Source: Bacteroidales bacterium | Lineage (GTDB): Bacteria > Bacteroidota > Bacteroidia > Bacteroidales > WCHB1-69 | DNA length: 64,000 nt | NCBI GenBank assembly: GCA_016285085.1 | Contig: JAEEQA010000003.1 | Coordinates: forward strand, 110-64,109 | Direction of reading: 5' to 3' | In this document: piece after piece, positions 45,462 through 56,200 of the stretch | Layout of the letters: every line of letters begins with the position of its first letter | Position numbering within the stretch: the first letter of the stretch is position 1 | Notes under the pieces: model-generated | Databases searched by the model: none | What the model was told of the DNA's origin: nothing | What the model saw: the letters and a program-made list of their open reading frames with translations, nothing else | Translations under genes and position numbers: made by a program

Positions 45462-46085
45462 ATGAGAACTATTTTTTGCAAGCTACTGATAATCATTATT
45501 GCAATGTTTCCGCTGTTCCTTTCAGCGCAGAATTTCCGCGGCGGGCTGCGTGCAGGCATGACCATGACACAAATGTCGGGCGACGACCTGTCGGGCTTCC
45601 ACAAGCTCGGTGCCTACGCCGGCGGCTTTGTCAACTGGCGCTTCATCCAGAACGACCGCTGGGCCATCCAGCCGGAAATCAACTTCGTGATGAAGGGCAG
45701 CAGCGCCTATCTGAAAGCCGACAAAAACGGCAACATCGGGGCCAAGTATGTGCTGACGATGTACTATATGGAGGTACCTGTTCTGGTCAAGTGCCGCATT
45801 GTGAAGGGTTTGGAGGCGGAGTTGGGACCGACTTTCGGCGTGCTGATCGGCGCGACAGAAAAGGATGCCAACGGCAAGATGCCTGGACGGATGCCGTTCC
45901 GTTGGTACGAATTTTGCGCAATGGGCGGCGTTTCCTACCTTTTCAAGGAACACTTCGGAATCAATTTCCGATATGTGCAGACATTAGTGCCGGTGCGTGT
46001 GTGCGACGATCGGCACTCCAACTACCGGTGCAACAAGAAACAGTTCAGCAGCGAACTCGCCCTCAGTGTTTTTTACCAGTTCTAA
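45462..46085 (+). CDS. Outer-membrane beta-barrel (porin family) protein
   Basis: 207 aa. Signal peptide and a small-barrel strand pattern. Confidence 0.6.
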   Translation: MRTIFCKLLIIIIAMFPLFLSAQNFRGGLRAGMTMTQMSGDDLSGFHKLGAYAGGFVNWRFIQNDRWAIQPEINFVMKGSSAYLKADKNGNIGAKYVLTMYYMEVPVLVKCRIVKGLEAELGPTFGVLIGATEKDANGKMPGRMPFRWYEFCAMGGVSYLFKEHFGINFRYVQTLVPVRVCDDRHSNYRCNKKQFSSELALSVFYQF

Positions 46086-46154
46086 AACGATTTTTGCCTC
46101 CGATGCAATAATCGCGGCGTTTTAGCGTTACCATAAGTCTAATTTTTTTGACAG

Positions 46155-46886
46155 GTGAAGTCTTGTAGAATCTATATTGCTGCTGTTTTGTTAGCCGCCT
46201 TCTCGTTCGGAATTGCAACGGTGAATGCGCAGTCGTCGAATTTCGGTGTTCCCAATCTGATGCGGTACGACAGCAAACGGTTCCATTTCGGGTTTCTGCT
46301 GGGATACAACCAATTCGACTTCACCATCCGTTCCAAAGCCGACCTGAGCGAGTACGATTCCCTGATGGTGGTCAACACAGCGGCGATGAGCGGTTTCAAC
46401 CTCGGCATCGTCACCAACCTGCGTCTCGGCAAGTTCTTCGACCTTCGCCTCATTCCCGGCCTATCGTTCGGCGACCGCGTGGTCAACTACACCATCCTGT
46501 ACCCCGACCAGTCGCGATTAGTGACCAAAAAGAACATTGAATCCGTCTATTTGGACGTGCCTTTGCTGTTGAAATTCAAGTCGTCGCGAATGCACAACGT
46601 CCGGGCCTACGTCATCGGCGGCGCCCAGTACAGCCTCGACCTCATTTCCGCTGCAAAAAAGAAGAACACCAATCCAAAGGAAATCATGCTGAAGCTTTAT
46701 CCGCACGACGTGCAGGCGCAGGTGGGTGTCGGCATCGACATCTATTGCACCTACTTCAAATTCACCACGGAATTCAAAATGTCGTTCGGGCTGATAAACC
46801 TGCTGGTGGCCGAAGACAACATCTATGCCTCCAGCGTCCATTCGCTCAAGTCGAAAATGATGCAGATTTCCTTTATTTTTGAGTAG
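46155..46886 (+). CDS. porT: PorT/SprT-like T9SS outer-membrane protein
   Basis: 243 aa (GTG start per track). RFHFGFLLGYNQ and VYLDVPLLLKFKS strands resemble PorT-family barrels. Confidence 0.55.
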   Translation: MKSCRIYIAAVLLAAFSFGIATVNAQSSNFGVPNLMRYDSKRFHFGFLLGYNQFDFTIRSKADLSEYDSLMVVNTAAMSGFNLGIVTNLRLGKFFDLRLIPGLSFGDRVVNYTILYPDQSRLVTKKNIESVYLDVPLLLKFKSSRMHNVRAYVIGGAQYSLDLISAAKKKNTNPKEIMLKLYPHDVQAQVGVGIDIYCTYFKFTTEFKMSFGLINLLVAEDNIYASSVHSLKSKMMQISFIFE

Positions 46887-46889
46887 CGG

Positions 46890-48803
46890 TTACGCCTCTT
46901 TTTCACTTAGTTCCAGCCAACGCATGGAGGCCTCGTCAAGACGGTCCGACACTTCCTGATAGCGCTGCCCCCATTGTACCAGTTCATCGCTTGTGCCCGT
47001 ACCGGCATTCATCTTCTCTATCAGGTCGGATTTTTCCTTCTCCAAATTGTCAATTTCCAATCCAAGTTCCTCAAATTCTCTTTTTTCTTTAAAAGTAAGT
47101 TTGTTGGATTTGTCACGTTTCGGCAATTTAGGTTCATCGGATGGCTCATTCTGCCGCTGCAATTTTTCAATTTTCTTCTCAATCCGCAACTCCTTGTCGC
47201 GAGCCAACTTGTAATCCGTATAATTCCCGTAGAAATCCTTGATGTTTCCGTTGCCGTTGAAAACAAAGATATGGTCCACCAATTTGTTCATAAACCAGCG
47301 GTCATGCGAAACAATCAGCAGACAGCCTTTGTAGTGATACAGCAAGTCTTCCAGCTTGTTGAGCGTATCAATGTCAAAATCGTTGGTCGGCTCGTCCAAG
47401 ATGAGGAAGTTGGGATTCCGCATCAGCGTAATCAGCAGATGCAGCTTGCGTTTTTCACCGCCACTGAGGTCCTCAAAATAGGTGTATTGCTGTTCGTACT
47501 TGAAACCGAAGTGGTTCAGGAACTGTGACGCGCCGATAAGGTTGCCCGTCTCGGTGCGGATGACCTCGGCATACTCCTTCACGATGTCGATGATGCGCTT
47601 GTTGCCTTTCACCTGCAGTCCGTCCTGCGAGAAATAGCCGAAGGTGACGGTCTGGCCCGCGGTGATTTTCCCGGCATTGGCCCGCAACTCGCCCATTATC
47701 AACTTTAAAAATGTGGATTTCCCTGTTCCGTTCTTTCCAACCACCCCGCACTTCTCCCCTTTTTTAAAAATATAGGAGAAATCACGGATGAGGACATTGT
47801 CATCGTATGCAAAATCCAAATTATTGATCTCCAGTATCTTGTTTCCAAGTCGTTCGGGCTCTACATGAAAGGTGGCGGCCGGCTTCTCCACTTTGCGGGT
47901 CACATCCTCCTTCAGCTGCTCGAAAGCCTGGATGCGGGCCTTTGCCTTGGAGGTACGAGCCTGCGGAGAGGTATGCACCCACTCCAACTCCTTCAGGTAG
48001 AGCTGCCGCATCTTTTCGTGCTCCGCATTCTCGTTACTGAGCCGTTCCTCCTTCTTTTCAAGATAGTAGTCGTATTTTCCGCGATAGCGGTACAGGTTGC
48101 CATTTTCAATTTCAAGGATGTCGTTGCAAACCTGGTCGAGGAAGTGGCGGTCATGGGTCACCATCAGCAGGGTGACATTGGCGTGAGTGAGGTACGATTC
48201 CATCCACTCAATCATCTCAATATCAAGATGATTGGTAGGCTCATCCAGAATCAGCAGGTCGGTGTCGGCGATGAGGGTACGGGCGAGCGCCGCTTTCTTG
48301 CGCTGGCCGCCCGACAGCTCGCCAACCGACTTGAAGACATCCTCGATGCCGAAGCGGGAAAGAACCTCCTTGGCGCGGCTCTCGAAGTCCCACGCCTGCA
48401 GGCGGTCCACCTCCTCGATGGCGCGGTGCAGCCGTGCCTCAATCTCCGGATCCACTCTGCCGGACTCATGCAGATCGTTGGACAGCGCCACGCACGTTTC
48501 GTACTCCTTCACCGCCTGCACAGCGGGTGTCTGCGCGTTGAAGATAGCGTCCAGAACGGATGTTTCATCTGCAAAATCATCTATCTGAGGAAGATACGAA
48601 ACCGAAATATCCTTCCGCATCACCACCTGGCCGGCATCGGGTTCTTCAACGCCCGCAATGATATTCAACAGCGTGGACTTTCCCGTGCCGTTCTTGGCAA
48701 TCAGCGCCGTCTTCTGCCCCTTCTCCAAACCAAAAGAGACATTCTCGAACAGCAGTTTTTCGCCATACGACTTCGTTACGCCCTCCACGGTTAAGTAATT
48801 CAT
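46890..48803 (-). CDS. ABC-F family ATPase
   Basis: 637 aa. Two ABC cassettes (two GKNGTGKST Walker A motifs; LSGGQ/LSGGE). No TM domain. C-terminal coiled coil. Confidence 0.92.
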   Translation of the reverse strand: MNYLTVEGVTKSYGEKLLFENVSFGLEKGQKTALIAKNGTGKSTLLNIIAGVEEPDAGQVVMRKDISVSYLPQIDDFADETSVLDAIFNAQTPAVQAVKEYETCVALSNDLHESGRVDPEIEARLHRAIEEVDRLQAWDFESRAKEVLSRFGIEDVFKSVGELSGGQRKKAALARTLIADTDLLILDEPTNHLDIEMIEWMESYLTHANVTLLMVTHDRHFLDQVCNDILEIENGNLYRYRGKYDYYLEKKEERLSNENAEHEKMRQLYLKELEWVHTSPQARTSKAKARIQAFEQLKEDVTRKVEKPAATFHVEPERLGNKILEINNLDFAYDDNVLIRDFSYIFKKGEKCGVVGKNGTGKSTFLKLIMGELRANAGKITAGQTVTFGYFSQDGLQVKGNKRIIDIVKEYAEVIRTETGNLIGASQFLNHFGFKYEQQYTYFEDLSGGEKRKLHLLITLMRNPNFLILDEPTNDFDIDTLNKLEDLLYHYKGCLLIVSHDRWFMNKLVDHIFVFNGNGNIKDFYGNYTDYKLARDKELRIEKKIEKLQRQNEPSDEPKLPKRDKSNKLTFKEKREFEELGLEIDNLEKEKSDLIEKMNAGTGTSDELVQWGQRYQEVSDRLDEASMRWLELSEKEA

Positions 48804-48854
48804 TGTTAGAAAATTAATGGTTTATAATACGGAATTGGGGTTTTCTGCAAAAAA

Positions 48855-48945
48855 GGTAAAAGGTAGGAAGTATTAGGTAGGAAGTGGGAATAAAGAGGGG
48901 GTGTGCGTGGAAACCTTCTACTTCATACCTTCTACTTTATACAAA
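48855..48945. repeat. Bipartite heptad-periodic element (13 heptads), homolog of 7563-7695
   Basis: ggtaaaa ggtagga agtatta ggtagga agtggga ataaaga gggggtg tgcgtgg aaacctt ctacttc atacctt ctacttt atacaaa. Confidence 0.85.
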
Positions 48946-48947
48946 GA

Positions 48948-50372
48948 CTAATACCCGAGGATTTTAAGCATTGACTTGTAGCTCTGTTCTTTGGCGAAGA
49001 GTTTGGTGCAGAGTTCGCCCTCTTCGTCCCTATATATAATAATGTGTTTGGGCGCGGGGGTGAGGCAATGCTGGATGCCGCCATAGCCGCCGATGGACTC
49101 CTGATAGGCACCCGTGTTGAAAAGTCCGATGTACTGAGGATCCTCCTCGTCCTCATTATGATGCTCCGTCGGCGTATAGGCGCGGATTTTGGGGAGGAAC
49201 ACGGCATTGAGGGAGGCCTCGGAGTTGTAGAAATCCTGACTATCACAAGTCAAGCCGCCGAGAAAGACACGCTCGTACTCCTTCTCCCAGTTGTTGACCG
49301 CAAGGATGATATACTGCTGGTCAATGGCCCATGTGTCCGGCAGAGTCGTCATGAAGGAGCTGTCAATCATATCCCACAACTCCCTGTCATTCTGACGTTT
49401 CTGTTGGAGAATGGAGAAAAGGACGGCGCTCGCCTCGCCCACAGTATAGGAACCGAACTCAGTGAAGATGTCAGGCTCGGCCACACCCTCACGCTCACAG
49501 ATCTGCTTGATTTGGGAAACGATTTCCTCGGCCATGTATTCATAATCATAGTCGAAGGAAAGGGAGGTCTTGATGGGGAAGCCGCCGCCGATGTCAATGG
49601 AATCCAGTTCGGGACAAATCTTCTTGAGGTCGCAGTAGAGACTGATGCACTTCCCCAACTCATTCCAATAGTAGGAGGTGTCGTGGATACCGGTATTGAT
49701 GAAAAAGTGCAGCATTTTCAGCTCGAACTTCGGGTTGTTTTTGATTTTATGCTCGTAAAACGGGATGATGTCGTTGTAGCGGACTCCCAGTCGGGAGGTA
49801 TAGAATTCGAACCGGGGTTCCTCTTCGGTGGCGATCCGGATGCCGATCTTGCACTTTGTATTGACCGCCTGGTCCAGCATATCAAATTCATGGATATTGT
49901 CGAGAACAGGAATCGTGTTGATGTAACCCTTGTCCAGCATCATGGCAATGTTGTCGATGTATTGCTGTTTTTTGAATCCATTGCAAATGATGAAGTTCTC
50001 CTTTTCAAACAGTTTCTGCTCTTCCAAAACCTCAATCAGATTCAAATCGAAGGAAGATGAAGTTTCAATATGCACATCATTCTTGAGCACTTCCGACATC
50101 ACGAATTCAAAATGGGAGCTCTTGGTACAGTAGCAATAATGGTAGCTTCCCTGGTAATCCGCCTTGGCTATAGCCACATTGAACCAGCGCCGCGCCTTTT
50201 GAATATTCTGCGAAATCTTCGGCAAATAGGTAATTTTCAATGGAGTCCCGTACTGTTTGATGATGTCCATCAAAGGAACATCATTGAAATGCAACTCACC
50301 TTCTTCCACCTTGAACTGCTCTTGCGGAAATTCGTAGGTTTGTGAAATCAAATCAATGTACTTCGTCTTCAT
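48948..50372 (-). CDS. Type III PLP-dependent (Orn/DAP/Arg) decarboxylase, arginine decarboxylase-like
   Basis: 474 aa. GTPLKITYL, CYCTKSS (candidate PLP Lys), IDIGGGFP and GGLTCDS regions. Confidence 0.6.
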   Translation of the reverse strand: MKTKYIDLISQTYEFPQEQFKVEEGELHFNDVPLMDIIKQYGTPLKITYLPKISQNIQKARRWFNVAIAKADYQGSYHYCYCTKSSHFEFVMSEVLKNDVHIETSSSFDLNLIEVLEEQKLFEKENFIICNGFKKQQYIDNIAMMLDKGYINTIPVLDNIHEFDMLDQAVNTKCKIGIRIATEEEPRFEFYTSRLGVRYNDIIPFYEHKIKNNPKFELKMLHFFINTGIHDTSYYWNELGKCISLYCDLKKICPELDSIDIGGGFPIKTSLSFDYDYEYMAEEIVSQIKQICEREGVAEPDIFTEFGSYTVGEASAVLFSILQQKRQNDRELWDMIDSSFMTTLPDTWAIDQQYIILAVNNWEKEYERVFLGGLTCDSQDFYNSEASLNAVFLPKIRAYTPTEHHNEDEEDPQYIGLFNTGAYQESIGGYGGIQHCLTPAPKHIIIYRDEEGELCTKLFAKEQSYKSMLKILGY

Positions 50373-50407
50373 AGCATAAAATTTTAGAATGTAACTGTTT
50401 CGGGTGG

Positions 50408-50415
50408 CAAAAGTA
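50408..50415 (-). promoter_or_regulatory. -7 box TACTTTTG upstream of decarboxylase gene
   Basis: 35 nt before ATG 50372. Confidence 0.5.
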
Positions 50416-50566
50416 CTACAATTTCGTTATATCCGACCTATTTCTTTAAAAAAAAGATTTCCACAAAAAAACACGACATGTTTTGCTGCTTTTTTTCGCA
50501 AATAATTATCATTGAGGTGTTAATAAAAACCGAAACTGCAATGAACAATCATATATTACAATATTG

Positions 50567-50574
50567 TATGTTTG
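50567..50574 (+). promoter_or_regulatory. -7 box TATGTTTG upstream of murA
   Basis: 25 nt before ATG 50600. Confidence 0.5.
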
Positions 50575-50599
50575 CGGAAATTTGAAAATCTATAACATT

Positions 50600-51907
50600 A
50601 TGAGTTCGTTTATCATTCAAGGCGACACGCACTTAGAGGGGAACATCACGCCTCAGGGCGCAAAGAACGAGGCATTGCAGGTGCTTTGCGCCGTCCTTCT
50701 AACCAATGAAACCGTACGTATCAGCAACGTTCCCGACATACGCGATGTGAAGAAACTCATCGAGATTCTGATGGAACTCGGTGTGGCCGTAAACCCGATT
50801 GACCGGCACACCTACGAATTCCGCGCCGAAAGTGTCAACTACAACTATCTTCAGTCGGAAGAGTTCGTGAAAGTTTCGGGAGCCATCCGTGCCTCCATTA
50901 TGGTCTTGGGACCGCTGTTGGGCCGTTTCCACAAGGCTTACGCCGCAAAGCCGGGCGGTGACAAAATCGGACTGCGCCCCCTGACGGCACACTTCGAGGG
51001 CTTCGAGGCGCTCGGAGCCAAGTGCCGCTACAATCCCAAAACAACCCTTTACGAACTCAGTGCCGACAAACTGACCGGCAGGTATATCCTGCTGAGCGAG
51101 GCTTCCGTCACGGGTACAGCCAACGTGGTGATGGCCGCGGTTCTTGCCTCCGGCACCACCACCATCTTCAATGCCGCCTGCGAACCCTACCTGTACCAGC
51201 TTTGCACCATGCTCAACAAAATGGGAGCGAAGATCAGCGGTATCGGTTCCAATCTTTTGACAATCAAGGGTGTGGAAGAGCTACACGGATGCGAGCACAC
51301 CATCTTGCCCGATATGATCGAGGTGGGAAGCTTCATCGGGATGGCCGCCGCCACACAATCCAGCATCACCATCAAGAACTGCGGAGTGCCGCACCTCGGC
51401 ATCATCCCGCAAGTCTTTACAAAATTAGGTATCAAGCTGGAAATCAAGGGGGATGACATCTTTGTCCCGGAACAGAAGCAGTACGAGGTGGACACCAATA
51501 TGGACGGTTCCATCCTCACCATCAGCGACGCGCCGTGGCCCGGCTTCAGCCCCGACTTGCTCAGCATCGCCCTCGTCACCGCCATCCAAGCCAAAGGCAG
51601 CGTGCTCATCCACCAGAAGATGTTCGAGAGCCGACTGTTCTTCGTGGACACGCTGAAGACTATGGGGGCACAAATCATCCTTTGCGACCCGCACCGCGCC
51701 ACCGTCATCGGACTGAACCACAAGTACCGCCTGCGCGGCACCACCATGCAGTCGCCCGACATCCGGGCCGGTGTGGCATTGCTCATCGCCGCACTCTCCG
51801 CCGAAGGGTACAGCCGCATCAACAACTGCGAACAAATCGACCGCGGATACCAGGATATCGTACAAAGACTCAACTCTTTAGGTGCCGTCATCGTCAGAGA
51901 AGACTGA
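50600..51907 (+). CDS. murA: UDP-N-acetylglucosamine 1-carboxyvinyltransferase
   Basis: Start moved to ATG 50600 (MSSFIIQGDT...), downstream of a TATGTTTG box. EPSP-synthase fold. Active-site loop KPGGDKIGLRPL, with Asp where E. coli has Cys115. Confidence 0.95.
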   Translation: MSSFIIQGDTHLEGNITPQGAKNEALQVLCAVLLTNETVRISNVPDIRDVKKLIEILMELGVAVNPIDRHTYEFRAESVNYNYLQSEEFVKVSGAIRASIMVLGPLLGRFHKAYAAKPGGDKIGLRPLTAHFEGFEALGAKCRYNPKTTLYELSADKLTGRYILLSEASVTGTANVVMAAVLASGTTTIFNAACEPYLYQLCTMLNKMGAKISGIGSNLLTIKGVEELHGCEHTILPDMIEVGSFIGMAAATQSSITIKNCGVPHLGIIPQVFTKLGIKLEIKGDDIFVPEQKQYEVDTNMDGSILTISDAPWPGFSPDLLSIALVTAIQAKGSVLIHQKMFESRLFFVDTLKTMGAQIILCDPHRATVIGLNHKYRLRGTTMQSPDIRAGVALLIAALSAEGYSRINNCEQIDRGYQDIVQRLNSLGAVIVRED

Positions 51908-51912
51908 TTCCC

Positions 51913-53208
51913 ATGCCCACGCGCAACGCCATAGCCTACACTCTTGACCACCTTCTCCGGGTGGCATTCCCCAATTTTGCCAATACCATTGAAACCGACG
52001 GCAGCCGCGCAGAAGCAACCGTCGCGGGAATCCGCATCGTTTTCCCATTGGTGGACACCGATTCGCATCAGAAAATGATGAACGGCAAATTGTCGGCAGA
52101 GCGATTGGAGGCACCGACAGGCAAAGAAATCCCCGCCTTCCGCTGCAGAGACGAGGAAGGCATCTACTCCGTTGAAGAGACGGCAATCACCCTGCATTAC
52201 GATTTCATATCGCTGCCCTTTGTCATGCTCTCACGGACCGACGAACTGCTCACGGACGAACGCGACACGCACGGCAGGGCGCTATACAAAAACAGCGTGG
52301 CGGCAAAATACGACCTGATCGAGATTCCCATTGTGGACGAATATGCCCTTCTTCTTCGTTCCATCATCCAAAAAGAATTTCCCGACACCCAGATTACGCC
52401 AAGAGAATCCGCTTTCATCAGCACCCACGACATCGACCTGATCAGCCGGTTTGGCGGTTTTTACACCAACTTGCACACACTGGCGGCTGACCTGTTCAAG
52501 TACAGGAGTCTGAAGCAGTTCAGCACATCGATGGCACAGTTTCGCGCCTGCCGCCGCGACGAGCTGCGGGACCCCTACATTCTGGCGGTGGAGATGCTTT
52601 TGGAACAGGATCGGACGAACAAGCGACGTTCCCTTTTCTTTTTCAAGTCGTTGCGGAGCGGCGACCCCGATGCCACCTACGACATCTTCGGGGCACAAGC
52701 CGCCCATCTGATCCGCACAGTGACGGAACGAGGCGGCGAAATCGGACTCCATGGCAGCTACTTCAGCTATGACAACGCCAGCTGCTTCAACAAGGAAAAA
52801 CTGTATTTGGAAAACGTCGCGGAATGTCCCATCACGCAAGGACGGCAGCATTTCCTCCGGTTTGATGCAAAAAAGACACCCTCTGTCTGGCAAAACTGTG
52901 GACTTAAAGACGACTTCACGCTCGGTTATGCAGAACGAGAGGGATTCCGTTGCGGGACGTGCCATCCTTTCAAACTGTACGACATAGCCAACGACCGGCC
53001 GCTACAAGTAACGGAGCACCCACTCATTGCCATGGACGGAACTTTCCAGCAATATCAGGAATATACCCCGCAAGAGGCGCTACAGAAAATCCGGCAGTTG
53101 CAACAGACTTGTGAATCCGTTGAAGGCGATTTTATTTTACTGTGGCACAACACCTTTGTATGGCGGGAATATACTCCGTGGTACGAGGAGGTTTTCTGCA
53201 AGATGTAA
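51913..53208 (+). CDS. Polysaccharide deacetylase-like protein
   Basis: Start moved to ATG 51913 (MPTRNAIAYTL...), 5 nt after the murA stop. IGLHGSYFSYDN region resembles the NodB-like fold. Tentative. Confidence 0.5.
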   Translation: MPTRNAIAYTLDHLLRVAFPNFANTIETDGSRAEATVAGIRIVFPLVDTDSHQKMMNGKLSAERLEAPTGKEIPAFRCRDEEGIYSVEETAITLHYDFISLPFVMLSRTDELLTDERDTHGRALYKNSVAAKYDLIEIPIVDEYALLLRSIIQKEFPDTQITPRESAFISTHDIDLISRFGGFYTNLHTLAADLFKYRSLKQFSTSMAQFRACRRDELRDPYILAVEMLLEQDRTNKRRSLFFFKSLRSGDPDATYDIFGAQAAHLIRTVTERGGEIGLHGSYFSYDNASCFNKEKLYLENVAECPITQGRQHFLRFDAKKTPSVWQNCGLKDDFTLGYAEREGFRCGTCHPFKLYDIANDRPLQVTEHPLIAMDGTFQQYQEYTPQEALQKIRQLQQTCESVEGDFILLWHNTFVWREYTPWYEEVFCKM

Positions 53209-53246
53209 ACAATATTACCCTTTAACCATAAAATCCTATTTATATT

Positions 53247-56200
53247 ATGAAAAAGACGGCTCTTTTCCTTTCCCTTTTCTTTGCCCTTGTGGCATTTTCC
53301 GCCTCCGCACAGGTGAAACAAATCTTCAAAGTGATGTCCTATCCGGACAAGAAACCGCTGGCCGGCGCCGTCGCCACTCTGTACGGGCAGCCGTTGCAAA
53401 CCAACGCAAAGGGAGTCGCTGTGGCTACCCTTCCTGAAAACCGGAAAGGCGACTTCCTCTGTATGAGTGATTGGACGCTAGACAGCTATATCCAAATGGG
53501 CAGAACGAGGGAATCCCGCTACCGTTTTTTTCAGAGCAACGACACGGTGTTCTTTTATATGGCTAAGGAAGAAGCGTATCGTGAGGCAGCGACAGAACTG
53601 TTTGTCAAGTATTTCCGCCCTGCATACGACAGCGAGGCGGAGATGATGCTGGCCTATCGGGACTCCGTGCGGCTGCATCCCGATATGGCCGACGAATACG
53701 CCCAAAACCTGATGGAATATGCCGGACACGCCTATTCCCCGGTGATTGCACAGTACTACAAGGATGCCATGAGCACCTCCCCGTACCGGTTGTACCGGTT
53801 TCGCGACGACGTGCGCGCGGCCGCTGAAAAGTTCCTGCAGGAGGGCGATGTGGACGGCGCGGCCAAGGCGGTGAAAGAGTTGATACGGAAAGATGATGGC
53901 AGTAACGACAATTTGGAAATCATCAGCGACTATGCGTATTTCAAAGACCTGAATCTCGTTATGTTTGATCCCGAGCCGGCCAGCACCTATACAAGAATCC
54001 TGTATCAGAATCATTTTCAGGACTTCTCCATGACCATAGGTGCACATCTGATCAACCTGTTGAATGAGAGCAACTGGAAGGAAGCGGATTCGATTACGGC
54101 TAAAGAGGAAGACAGGATTCCGGAATATTCATTCCTTTTCGAGCCCTCTTTCGCAAAATACATAAACGAAAAAGATCCAGAGCTGCTGGTCGCCGCCTTC
54201 CAGCGCTATATCGACAAATGCGAGGAGGTCTGTCGCAAATATCCTTATTACCAGGATGGTTACTGGGCTTTAAACGCGAACCGTCGTCTGATGCTGCACA
54301 CTCTGCAGTTCATAGGCGATACGGCGAGGATTAATCAGCAGTGGGACAGTTTGTTGATGGGTTGCCAAAAATATATTGACATGACGGACAATGGGGATTT
54401 TTACAAGAACCGCACGGCTATCGATGTATATTCAAATATATTGGAAGTGGCCACACAAGGGATGTCGGCGTATTCCGATGCAAAGATGCTGGAGCTGGAG
54501 ACTGCCATCTTCCGCGCTGCCCAGGAGAACTACACCCGTTATCCCTCCGATTTGTTCCTGCAGTTGCAGTATGCGGGGCGCACCCACCTGTATGCCAACA
54601 GTGTAGAAAACGCCGGTGATGAGAGTTCCCTGCTCTTGGAACTTTACCGCAACCAGGCCGAAATCAACGGGCAATTGATAAAGTCATTCCCGGAAATGTT
54701 CACCGTGAACTATATGATAGCCAATTCCTCGCTGCTCGTCCATGCAGTTTACCGGCAGGATGACGACGGTGCGGTGCGCGATGCGGTGCGCGGTTTCAAA
54801 CGGAGTTTCGTCCTGCTGGACTCCCTCTATCCCCACATCTTTACGGGAACCGCCCTGAACTTCTGCTCCGATGCCTCCGACTATCTGCACGGGCAGAGCC
54901 GAAACGGGGCCGCAGCCGAACTTGATGCCTTCATCGAACTTCTTCTGGATATGCACTCCAAGGAAAACAGCCGCTCCGTAGAGGCAGAGAAAGCGCAGTT
55001 CTTCAACCATAAAGCGGAAAAAATGTACTATTACGAGCAGTATGAAGGAACGCTCAGCTATTACGAGGAGGCCAACCGTTATTATATGGCCGCGCTTGAG
55101 AAGGAACCGGAGTACTGGCCCGATTTCCTGACCAACTACCTTCAGATGGGAGATGCCTATCTCAACATGAAAATGACCGAGAAAGCACTTGCGACATACC
55201 AGCGGATATTCACCTACGAATCGCAAGTCCCCGCCTCGCAAACGGGCACCTACACCCGCATAAAGGGCGAAGCCCATTACTATTCAGGCGATGCCTACAG
55301 AATCCTCGGCAACACGAAAGCGGCGGAAAAAGAGTACAAAGCGGCGGAGAGCCTGTACAGGAAAGCGATGGCTTTGGGCGACAGCACCGCCTGCTTCTCG
55401 CTTGGAGAAATGTACCATACCCGAGCCGTCGCCCAGTACAATGCCGGTAATTTCAAGAAAGTGGTTCCCCTGATGGAGAAGTCGGCGCAATACTACCAGC
55501 TTTATCCGATGAGCCGTCCCTACCAGCGTTATGAACAGGTGGCCTCCATCCTTGAAAACTATTACAGGGAGAAAAAAGACAGCATCAAATATGTCGGGCT
55601 GTTGGAAGCGCAGGTGGAGTATTACAAACGTTTTTGCAGCAGAGACACCACCTATTTGAACAACTATCTTTCTTACTCTGAAAAAATTGCCAACGCATAC
55701 AAGGAACCGCAAAAGAAGCTCAGATATACCAAGTGCGAGGTAGATGCGCACCGCAAGACCATCCTTTGGGGCAAGGAGGAGAGCCTTTCCTTCCTGCAGT
55801 CGCTGTACCGGCTTGCCCAAGCCTACGCAGCCGTAGACTCCAACCTTCAGGCTCTTGAAGTATATAACGAGTGTTTGGTAGTGAACCGCTATCTGTTCAG
55901 CGACACTTCCGCGTCACAGTGCCGTGGCAATGCCATTACCGTGTATGGCGATATGGTGGAGTGTGCCAACGCCATCGGTGACGCCACCGACGAGCCGGAC
56001 AACAAGGAGTGGTACGAAAAGGCCCTGCGCGCGAGCGACACACTGATCCTGCTTGCGGAAGAGGCCCTCGACGAGACCAGCGACTATCAGGTCTATCAGA
56101 TGTCGCGGTATTATCTGAAAAATGCCGTAATCTGCAGTCAGCTGGATTGGCACAACTTGGCCATCTCCCAGATTGACAAGGCCAACGAATACCTGCTGAA

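Noticed and set aside
46886-46890. Convergent porT and ABC-F stops only 3 nt apart without a terminator
   Set aside because: This is unusual-looking but common in compact genomes, and there is nothing further to support a regulatory role.
51535-51912. N-terminal extensions proposed by the ORF track (51535 for the deacetylase-like gene; also 27580 valS, 14800 lipoprotein, 10589 hydE, 50564 murA, 31156, 62630, 60771, 26323, 22635)
   Set aside because: The extensions overlap upstream genes or promoter boxes, use non-ATG starts, or precede an obvious signal peptide or conserved N-terminus. Internal ATGs were chosen instead.
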